Source of the DNA: Candidatus Enterousia sp.
Lineage (GTDB): Bacteria; Pseudomonadota; Alphaproteobacteria; Rs-D84
NCBI GenBank assembly: GCA_045539815.1
Contig: JAZQGC010000038.1
Location: forward strand, 925 to 64,924
DNA: 64,000 nucleotides
Direction: 5' to 3'
The position numbers were made by a program, and so were the translations under genes. Of the stretch, positions 19,801 to 28,100 are shown piece by piece. Below the pieces are notes generated by a model. The model worked only from the letters and a program-made list of their open reading frames with translations. It ran no database searches and was not told where the DNA came from. Positions within the stretch are counted from its first letter, which is position 1. Every line of letters begins with the position of its first letter.

Positions 19801-21228
19801 TTAAGCTTTTTTGACGATTTTATATCCGTCCTTGGTGTCCAGAACACTCCAACCCGCATTATCAATTTGGGCACGCAGTGCGTCTGCACTGGCCCAGTCT
19901 TTGTTTGCCTTGGCGGTTGCGCGTTGCTGTGCCAACGCAATAATGTCGGCGGGTGCGGACTCTTTTTCTAAATCAACCAGTTTTTGTGCCCTGTCCATAA
20001 ATTGCAATCCCAACAATCGGTCAACAAATTCAAACAACGCCAGTTTTGTCGCAGGATTTACGGTTGTGTCTTTTAATAATTCCTGGACAACAACCAATGA
20101 TTCTGCTGTTTTCATATTGTCAGACACAGGGGCCAAGATTTTGTCATGCCACATATTATACACATCAGAATCCAATTCGCCGATATTGTCAGCGCTTATC
20201 AAATCTGCAATTTTGCGAACGATATTTTTATATCCTGTTGCCGCCGCGTCCAGTGATTCAAACGAGAACGCAAGTTGTGTTTGATAATGCCCCAATGTTA
20301 TCAAATAACGATACACCATCGGGTCAAAACCACGCTTACGCACCGATTCCAATCCCAAAAATTCACCCTTGGACTTCGCCATTTTTTCGCCAGCCTTGTC
20401 AATTAAAAAGCTGAAATGAACCCAATAAGAAACCCATGGCGCACCAGTGATTGGTTCACTTTGTGCAATTTCGTTCGCATGATGAACACGCGATAAATCT
20501 TCGCCACCTGTATGAATATCGAAATGGTTTCCCAGTAATTTCATACTCATCGCGCTGCATTCAGCGTGCCATCCGGGAAAACCAACACCCCACGGACTGT
20601 CCCACTCCATTGCGCGTTTTGTATCTGTTGGTGAAAATTTCCATAACGCAAAATCTGTTGGATTGCGTTTTGCATCATTAAAACCAACGCGGGCGCCCGC
20701 ACGATTTCCAGACAACGAACCACCTGTCAACGCACCATAATTTGCAAACTTGGACGTATCATAATAGATTCCATCACCCGGGATTTCGTATGTATAACCC
20801 AATTCTTCCAGCTGTTTGACCAATTCTATCTGTTCGGTAATATAATCAGTTGCACGCGGCATATGTGTTGGAAGCAATAAATTCAAATCGTCAAAATCAT
20901 GCATAAATTCATCCAGATAAAATTTCGCGATATCCCATACAGACTTATTTTCACGTGCGGCGCCCTTTTCCATTTTATCTTCGCCAGAATCATCTTCGTC
21001 GTTTGTTAAATGTCCAACATCTGTGATATTCATTACATGTCGAACATCATAACCGTTTTCAATAAACATACGCTTCATAATATCATTATGAATCATCGTA
21101 CGCAGATTCCCGATATGCGCATAATGATAAACAGTCGGACCACATGAATAAAAACCAACCTGACCAGGTATCAATGGCTTAAATTCTTCCAGTTTACGTG
21201 TTAATGTATTGTATAATCTGATTGTCAT
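19801..21228 (-). CDS. cysS: cysteinyl-tRNA synthetase
   Basis: 475-aa ORF. HIGN (HIGH-type) motif in CGPTVYHYAHIGNLR, KMAKS (KMSKS-type) motif, WHAECSAM zinc/cysteine site. Confidence 0.95.
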   Translation of the reverse strand: MTIRLYNTLTRKLEEFKPLIPGQVGFYSCGPTVYHYAHIGNLRTMIHNDIMKRMFIENGYDVRHVMNITDVGHLTNDEDDSGEDKMEKGAARENKSVWDIAKFYLDEFMHDFDDLNLLLPTHMPRATDYITEQIELVKQLEELGYTYEIPGDGIYYDTSKFANYGALTGGSLSGNRAGARVGFNDAKRNPTDFALWKFSPTDTKRAMEWDSPWGVGFPGWHAECSAMSMKLLGNHFDIHTGGEDLSRVHHANEIAQSEPITGAPWVSYWVHFSFLIDKAGEKMAKSKGEFLGLESVRKRGFDPMVYRYLITLGHYQTQLAFSFESLDAAATGYKNIVRKIADLISADNIGELDSDVYNMWHDKILAPVSDNMKTAESLVVVQELLKDTTVNPATKLALFEFVDRLLGLQFMDRAQKLVDLEKESAPADIIALAQQRATAKANKDWASADALRAQIDNAGWSVLDTKDGYKIVKKA

Positions 21229-21425
21229 AATGCGTTCCTTTTCCAGTTTTAATTTTTTTGGATTTTAGTAATTGTGTGATAAAAATGCAAACAAATTCAG
21301 TTTGCGTAAAATACGCAACTTAACAACAACAGTAAAAATTGATAAATTGAATTGTCATTTCACGCTGAATGATACCACTTGCCAATCCCAAAAGTCAATG
21401 AAATTTGTTTTTTAGATTTTCGTGC

Positions 21426-21454
21426 TTGCAATTAAAATTATGATTCTATATAAT
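21426..21454 (+). promoter_or_regulatory. sigma70-type promoter for tRNA-Ser(GCT)
   Basis: TTGCAA-N17-TATAAT ending 11 nt before the tRNA 5' end. Confidence 0.6.
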
Positions 21455-21465
21455 AAGCCTCGCAC

Positions 21466-21553
21466 GGAGCGTTGGCAGAGTGGTAATGCAGCAGATTGCT
21501 AATCTGTGACCGAAATTTTTGGTCCATAGGTTCGAGTCCTATACGCTCCGCCA
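21466..21553 (+). tRNA. tRNA-Ser (anticodon GCT), CCA encoded
   Basis: Acceptor GGAGCGT/ACGCTCC, anticodon loop TTGCTAA, long variable arm, T-arm ATAGG-TTCGAGT-CCTAT, 3' GCCA. Confidence 0.95.
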
Positions 21554-21560
21554 GAAATTC

Positions 21561-21579
21561 ACCCGCCAATTTGGCGGGT
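21561..21579 (+). terminator. tRNA trailer hairpin
   Basis: ACCCGCC-AATT-TGGCGGGT, a variant of the hairpin repeated at 21708-21727 and 25144-25162. Confidence 0.5.
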
Positions 21580-21592
21580 TAATTTATGTTGT

Positions 21593-21701
21593 GGACGTTG
21601 GACGAGAACCATAAAAGGTTCGATACGGAGTAGATTTGGGAAGTAAAACGCACCCAAATCGTCACGAGTGGATGGGGAGTACAGTCCCATACGCTCCGCC
21701 A
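21593..21701 (+). pseudogene. decayed tRNA-Ser-like copy
   Basis: 5' GGACGTTGGACGAG resembles GGAGCGTTGGCAGAG of the adjacent tRNA. The 3' end CATACGCTCCGCCA is identical to the tRNA 3' end. The T-loop is non-canonical (ATGGG-GAGTACAGT-CCCAT) and the middle is unalignable. Confidence 0.5.
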
Positions 21702-21732
21702 GAAATTTACCCGCCGATTTGGCGGGTTTTGG

Positions 21733-23478
21733 CTAGTGTTCTTCGCCGATATGTTCCGGCTGATATATTTCGACATCACGTGTCATGGACAAGAATTTAT
21801 CCGCACGTTGCGCCGGTAATTCAGATGACGGAATCTGTTGCAATTCTGTTATCTGTTTTGCAACCGCATTGGCCAACAGTTCCATTGTTGTTTGCCAATC
21901 TGTATGCGCGCCACCCGCCGGTTCCGGGATTATTTCATCAATAACGTTCAGGTTTGCCATATCACGGGCCGTTAACTTCATTGCCGCCGCCGCCGTTGCG
22001 CGATATTTGTTATCACGCCACAGAATGCTGGCACATGATTCTGGGGCAATTACCGAATAAATTGCATTTTCCATCATCAAGACACGGTCGCCAGTACCAA
22101 TCGCAATCGCACCGCCGGATCCGCCCTGACCAACATTAACTGCAACATATGGCGTTGCAATCGATAATCCTGTTGAAATAGATGATGCGACCGCCTGGGA
22201 TTGACCACGTTCTTCGCCTTCACGACCGGCAAACGCGCCCGCGGTATCAAACAATGATATCAGTGGCAATTCAAATTTTTCAGCCAGGCGCATCATACGT
22301 ATTGCCTTGCGATAGCCGTCCGGATTCGCCATACCAAAGCGATGTTTTTGACGCGTCTCGATTGTGCGTCCCTGCTCTTGCCCGATAATCACCGCCGGAA
22401 TACCGCGCCAAAATCCAATACCAGACCCCATGGCCGCATCTTCGGCATATAATCTGTCGCCCGCCAGATAAGTCCAACAATCAACAATGCCGTTTATATA
22501 ATCTAAAAAGTGTGGACGATTTTCATTACGCGCCAGTAAAACCTTGTCATAAGCCTCGTTTTCACCCATACCACGAATCTTTTTAGACGCGTCATGCACA
22601 GGTGTTGTGGCAACAATTTGTTTTGGTTCATGTGGTTGCTTGGTTAAAACCTGGATAATATCAGACAATTTATCATGCAAATCTGTACGCGCAACAACCA
22701 TATCAACCATACCGTGTTCATACAGATAGTCTGCAGTCTGGAAATTAGACGGCAATTTTTCGCGAATATTTTGTTCAATTACACGACGACCAGCAAATCC
22801 GATACGGGCGCCCTTTTCTGCGATATGAATATCACCCAACATCGCAAAAGACGCTGTTACGCCACCGAATGTAGGGTCTGTTAATAAAACGATATATGGG
22901 ATTTTGTTTGCATGTAATTTGTTTACTGCGACCGTGGTGCGCGCCATCTGCATCAGCGACAAGATGTTTTCTTGCATGCGGGCACCACCACTGGATGTTA
23001 CCATGATAAATGGTCGGCGTTCAGATACGGCATGCTCTATTGCGGCAATAATTGCGTCACCAGCAGCACGCCCCATAGACCCCATCATAAAATACCCATT
23101 TAAAACACATATTGTTGATGGAACACCACCGATTGTACCATCAGCAGTCGTAATTGCATCATACGCCCCCGTTTCAGAACGCGCATCATCCAACCTGTCT
23201 TTATAAGAAACCCTGTCTTCAAAATTCAACGGATCATCAGATATGGTGGGCGGATTTAAACGAACCCAAGAATTATCATCAAACAACAAATCAAATCGCT
23301 GTTTAGGACTCATAATAAACGCACGACCACAACGCGGACAGATATATTTATTATCCTTGTAATCTTTATAATACACCAAACGACCGCAAGATTCGCATTT
23401 AATCCACATCAAACGACGAACGCGATCATATCTGTCACGGTTTTTATTTTTTATGCCAGATTTTGTGCCAAACAACAT
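21733..23478 (-). CDS. accDA: acetyl-CoA carboxylase carboxyltransferase, fused beta (AccD) and alpha (AccA) subunits
   Basis: 581-aa ORF. The N-terminal half has the AccD zinc ribbon CESCGRLVYYKDYKDNKYICPRCG and the GGARMQE motif. The C-terminal half aligns to AccA (ARNENRPHFLDYI ... GQEQGR ... FGMANPDGYRKA ... GQGGSGGA). Confidence 0.85.
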   Translation of the reverse strand: MLFGTKSGIKNKNRDRYDRVRRLMWIKCESCGRLVYYKDYKDNKYICPRCGRAFIMSPKQRFDLLFDDNSWVRLNPPTISDDPLNFEDRVSYKDRLDDARSETGAYDAITTADGTIGGVPSTICVLNGYFMMGSMGRAAGDAIIAAIEHAVSERRPFIMVTSSGGARMQENILSLMQMARTTVAVNKLHANKIPYIVLLTDPTFGGVTASFAMLGDIHIAEKGARIGFAGRRVIEQNIREKLPSNFQTADYLYEHGMVDMVVARTDLHDKLSDIIQVLTKQPHEPKQIVATTPVHDASKKIRGMGENEAYDKVLLARNENRPHFLDYINGIVDCWTYLAGDRLYAEDAAMGSGIGFWRGIPAVIIGQEQGRTIETRQKHRFGMANPDGYRKAIRMMRLAEKFELPLISLFDTAGAFAGREGEERGQSQAVASSISTGLSIATPYVAVNVGQGGSGGAIAIGTGDRVLMMENAIYSVIAPESCASILWRDNKYRATAAAAMKLTARDMANLNVIDEIIPEPAGGAHTDWQTTMELLANAVAKQITELQQIPSSELPAQRADKFLSMTRDVEIYQPEHIGEEH

Positions 23479-23481
23479 AGT

Positions 23482-23760
23482 TTATCCATTCATTTTTTTT
23501 GTTAATTCACGACTGGGCTTGAATAAAATAGTCGTACTGGCCGGCAATGGCATTGGCTGGCCTGTACAAGGATTATAGCCAATCTTGGTTGCACGGGCGC
23601 GTGGCTGAAATGTACCAAAACCACGAATTTCAATTCTGTCCCCATTTGCAATACTTTCAATCATGTGATCAGAAACAGTATCCAATATCGCCGCAGCATC
23701 CGATGCGCGCATATGTTTAAAACGAACTTGTATTGATCTTACTATATCCGAGCGTTTCAT
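23482..23760 (-). CDS. ihfB: integration host factor beta subunit
   Basis: 92-aa HU/IHF-fold ORF with DRIEIRGFGTF and the NPCTGQ arm, closest to the IHF-beta pattern ERIEIRGFGSF. Confidence 0.85.
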   Translation of the reverse strand: MKRSDIVRSIQVRFKHMRASDAAAILDTVSDHMIESIANGDRIEIRGFGTFQPRARATKIGYNPCTGQPMPLPASTTILFKPSRELTKKMNG

Positions 23761-23911
23761 TTTTTTATCCTTTTATCTTGCATCGTATTATTCATTGCTT
23801 TGCAGATTTTATCAAGAACAAAGTTTGTCTGCCAAGCGAATATCTTCCTGTATATCATAAAACAAAAAAATGATATTTTGTTTATATAAGATTTACAAAG
23901 GAAAAACACAC

Positions 23912-24583
23912 ATGGATGACAATTGCAAAAAATTCCCCCTGATTGGCGACATCGCCCCAGATTTCTATGCCAGCACAACAAACGGTCCAATTAATTTTCC
24001 ACAAGATTTCAAAGGTAACTGGGTCGTATTCTTTTCCCATCCGTCTGACTTTACGCCCGTGTGCACAACAGAATTTATCAAATTCCAACAAGACATAAAT
24101 GAATTTAAAAAAATGAATACAAAATTACTGGGACTGTCTGTTGGAGCGTTGTCTTCACACCTGGCATGGCTGGATGCAATTGAAAAAATGCCAAACGGCA
24201 CAAAGATAGACTTTCCATTGATTGATGACCTGGATAAAAGTATCGCCACCAAATATGGTATGATACAACCCCACGCAAGCGATACTTCGGCAGTACGCGC
24301 CGTATTCATCATTGATACAAAATCAGTTATCAGAACAATATTGTACTATCCGGCAATTCTGGGACGAAATATTGATGAAATAAAACGAATTGTGTTGGCC
24401 TTGCAGGTTTCTGAAAAATTCAAGGTCGCAATGCCAGTAAATTGGGAACCCGGGGCAGATGTATTAAATTTTGCACCAAATAACGCAAAAGATATGCGCA
24501 AACGAAATAAAAATTCAATATGGTTTATAAAATATAAAAAACTGACCAAGCGGGATATTAATGAAAAAATATATAAAAAATAA
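23912..24583 (+). CDS. peroxiredoxin (Prx6-like, 1-Cys type)
   Basis: FSHPSDFTPVCTTE peroxidatic-Cys motif. ATG 23912 preceded by AAAGGAAAA. The ORF track starts at 23870. Confidence 0.9.
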   Translation: MDDNCKKFPLIGDIAPDFYASTTNGPINFPQDFKGNWVVFFSHPSDFTPVCTTEFIKFQQDINEFKKMNTKLLGLSVGALSSHLAWLDAIEKMPNGTKIDFPLIDDLDKSIATKYGMIQPHASDTSAVRAVFIIDTKSVIRTILYYPAILGRNIDEIKRIVLALQVSEKFKVAMPVNWEPGADVLNFAPNNAKDMRKRNKNSIWFIKYKKLTKRDINEKIYKK

Positions 24584-24606
24584 TCAGACAACCATTTCTT
24601 ATTGGC

Positions 24607-24960
24607 TTAAAATACCAGCGGAAAATCGCGTATATCCAACGGCACGCAATCGCGTTCTGGATCCCACTGAAATTGATTCATAATAACGGTTTTATCGGGA
24701 TTAAATTTTACACCTTCGGCACGCAAGGCACGATATTGAACGTCTGGCATGCCGGGGTTTAAGACACCATCTTTGAACACCACACGATGCCATGGCAAAT
24801 GCCACGAGGCACGATTATTTGACGCATACCCAACAAAGCGCGCACAACGCGGACGGCCAATCATCTGGGCGATTTGACCAAAAGTCGCCACGCGCCCAGA
24901 TGGGATACGTGCAACAACATCATAAACCATTTCATTAAAAGTTTTTTGCGTATCAGACAT
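24607..24960 (-). CDS. alkyltransferase-like protein (ATL; MGMT DNA-binding domain without the acceptor Cys)
   Basis: 117-aa ORF. VATFGQIA helix-turn-helix and LPWHRVV where Ogt/Ada have PCHRV (Cys replaced by Trp). Confidence 0.8.
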   Translation of the reverse strand: MSDTQKTFNEMVYDVVARIPSGRVATFGQIAQMIGRPRCARFVGYASNNRASWHLPWHRVVFKDGVLNPGMPDVQYRALRAEGVKFNPDKTVIMNQFQWDPERDCVPLDIRDFPLVF

Positions 24961-25005
24961 GCGTCGTATTGTATTACAGATGAATAAAAAGTCAAATTTT
25001 TACCC

Positions 25006-25034
25006 TTGCAAAACACTTGTAATATATTTATAAT
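25006..25034 (+). promoter_or_regulatory. sigma70-type promoter for tRNA-Ser(CGA)
   Basis: TTGCAA-N17-TATAAT ending 11 nt before the tRNA. Confidence 0.6.
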
Positions 25035-25045
25035 GCCCATCACGT

Positions 25046-25136
25046 GGAGACGTGGCAGAGCGGTTGAATGCGCGCGACTCGAAATCGTGTATACGGCAAC
25101 CCCGTATCAAGGGTTCAAATCCCTTCGTCTCCGCCA
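25046..25136 (+). tRNA. tRNA-Ser (anticodon CGA), CCA encoded
   Basis: Acceptor GGAGACG/CGTCTCC, anticodon loop CTCGAAA, long variable arm, T-arm AGGG-TTCAAAT-CCCT. Confidence 0.95.
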
Positions 25137-25143
25137 GAAATTT

Positions 25144-25167
25144 ACCCGCCGATTTGGCGGGTGTTTT
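25144..25167. terminator. trailer hairpin and terminator, shared with the convergent giant gene
   Basis: ACCCGCC-GATT-TGGCGGGT followed by GTTTT. Confidence 0.55.
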
Positions 25168-25185
25168 CATTTTAATAGCTTTAAT

Positions 25186-28100
25186 CTATAAATAGGAACT
25201 AAACCCGGCTAAAAGATCTAGCAGTTCTTCCATTTTATAGTAAATGCTATGTAGAAAAACTGTAGTATCATCATCTGGTAATAAAGGTCTAGAATTAAGT
25301 TCTGCTAACATTTGTGTTATTTCAGTAGCTTTCTTTTCAACATCTAATTTCTTATTAATATCTAAATCCAATTTATTAAACTTATCAGGATGAAAGTTTT
25401 TAATAATTGACCGGAGAAATTTCTTTTGTTTGTCTGCGGACATGTATTTTATGTTATCCATATTTTCAAGAAATTCTTCCGAAGCTTTATAAACAGCAAA
25501 AACTTCTTCTGGATTTGCCGAGGCCTTTATTATGTCTTCTACTGTCATTATGTCTTTTACTGTCATATCTGCGGCGTCATCAGCTTTTGCAGAAGTTTTT
25601 GCCACATCGGCAGTGTCATCAGCCATACTGTTTGCTCTTTTCCCAATATCTGCCATCGTATCAGTGACCTTAGCTGGCAACGCAGGTACAGCGTGCACTG
25701 CATTGTCTGTCGCGTTAGTGGTACCACGCGCAACATCCGTCACAACATTTGTGGCTTTGCCGGCATCAGCAGTCGCATCGGCAGCTTTTCCTGCATTTGT
25801 GGCAGCGTCAGTCGCAGTGTTTGCAGCATTTTCCATATTTTTTATTATGGCTTTATATGTTTCATCAATATGGTTTAACGCTTCGTCCCCGGATATACGT
25901 TTAGTTTTATTTAAAGTATCAAAGTAACGATATTGCCCATTTTTATCTACTACCTCTTTTACACCAACCAACGCAAAATTTTCAGTATCAGACATTTTTC
26001 TTGATCTTGCTATTATCTCAGGCAGTTTTTCTATACGCTTCATCGCATTGTCTGCGGATATTGGTTTTGTTCCATTAAATTCATCAAAATAACGAACTGC
26101 CCCTCTTTTATCTAAAACCTCTCTGATACCAACAGCTTTCAACTTTTGGTCCCAAGTCATCTTTGATACACTCTTAATGATATCATCAGATATAGTGACA
26201 CCATCAGTCGCGGCGTTTGTCGCACCAGATGCTGCGCCTGTTGCGGTATGCACAACATTTGTGGCCTTGCCGGCATCCGCAGTTGCATCGGCAGCTTTGG
26301 CTGGCAACGCAGGCAACGCGCGCACCGCATTATCAGTCGTATTAGCAGCGCCACGCGCAGTATCCGTCACAACGTTTGCTGTCTTGACTGCATCAGCACC
26401 ACCTGTTGTCTTTTCAACAATTTTTGTAAATTTCAATACATCGCCACCGCAATCAGAACATTCAAAACCGTATTCTTTTGCTTTTTTCATCAAATCTTTT
26501 AGCGTTGCGTTTTGAATATCCCCCCTCTTAATTTGCACTAAATCATCGGCATTTTTAAACACGTCATCAGGAGTATTTCTGCTGAAATAAGCAGCATCAT
26601 AAATAATATTTTGGACCTTTCCCGTTGTTTTTGTGGCATCCGCAGTTGCATCGGCAGCTTTTCCTGCATTTATGGCAACATTGGCAGCTGTATCTGCTGT
26701 CTTTGCCGCATCAGTGGTTGTATCAGCCGCCTTGGCAGCATCATAAACAACAAGCGCTTTTGTTGCATCTGCCACATCATCAGCCGCGGCGGCAATGTTA
26801 TCGGCAGAACTTAACAACGCCCTTAGTGCTGTTGGTGTTTTTCTTAACAGATTAACCGCAGATGTTCCCAATGATGCAAATTGTCCCAGAACACCGATAC
26901 GCCCCATCCATACAAGTGCCGTACCAGTCCAATCGCTTGTTGCACCACCTGCGGCTGCAACCATTGTATTCCATTCACTGTCACTGACTTCTGATTGTAA
27001 ATCTTCTGGTTTAAGCAGAGATATTAAACGTGCCAATTCTTCGTCGACATTTTTGATAGAATGTTCATCCAGCGCATCTTTTACACTGATAACCTTTGCC
27101 CCCAATTGGCGTATAGTATCTTTCGCGCAATCGCGTGCTTTACACACTGTTGATGCGCGTAAAAATTCTTGGACACGATCCTGGATAAGAACTTTTGATG
27201 AAATATCAGCTGCCAAACTTGCTGATTCTACTGCAAACATTACGCAACCAACACGTGTACCAACCATACAGTCAATAACAGCAATCGCAGATGTACCAAC
27301 CTGAATCACACCATCATAGAATGAAGCCTCTGATTGGTCGCTCAAAATACAAACCTGATTTTTTGCATCCCATTCTGTACCGCTGGACCCCGGATTTATA
27401 CGCTTTATATTTTGGTCTGCCTTGGCGCACTGCGATGCAGATAAACCGTAACATTCTTTGCCTTCATATTTACCACCAGTTCCAAGACACGCAAATGCTG
27501 CTTCCCCTGCCTCATACTTATAGCTCCACGCTTCGCTAACATCGTCAAAAACAAAATCGATTGGTTGTTTATTTAAATAACAACGAATAATATCATCGTC
27601 GTCTTCGTACCACGCCCCCTCTAATGCGGCAGGATTTGGAATACACTCTAAACTTTTGATTAAAAAACCCTTGGATTCGATATAATCATAAATATTGTTT
27701 TTACCTGTCTGTGCACCTTGAATTTGCAGTACTTCGCCCATAAAATATCTATTATCCAAGCCGTCTATTTTTGCCAGATATTTATCTGCATCTGCCTTGG
27801 ATACAACACGCTGTGATAATACACATGTGTTACCCTTTGGTGTGGCGGTCAAACCAAAATGAGCCGCAGCATTTTGGATTTCTTGACTGCATGATGAAAA
27901 ACATGCAAAGCCACCTGAGATATTTCGTACAGAACTATTTTTCGATACATTAGATGAATAACCATATATTTTGCAAATACCATTGACCAAGCCCGCCTGA
28001 ATATCAGCATCAATACTTTCTGTGACATCATCAAATCTGAACGCATAATATTTATCAGCATCAACACTGGCACACATGATAAAATCATCCCAACCCGCAA

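Noticed and set aside
21593-21701. Possibility that the tRNA-like segment is a functional unusual tRNA, for example tRNA-Sec or an intron-containing tRNA.
   Set aside because: No 5' strand complementary to the 3' acceptor sequence. The T-loop has 9 nt without TTC. No credible anticodon arm with TCA.
21579-21944. ORFs 21579..21779 (-) and 21636..21944 (+) over the pseudo-tRNA region and the accDA 3' end.
   Set aside because: They overlap the tRNA-like remnant and terminator hairpins, or run antisense to the well-supported accDA CDS. No start context and no motif.
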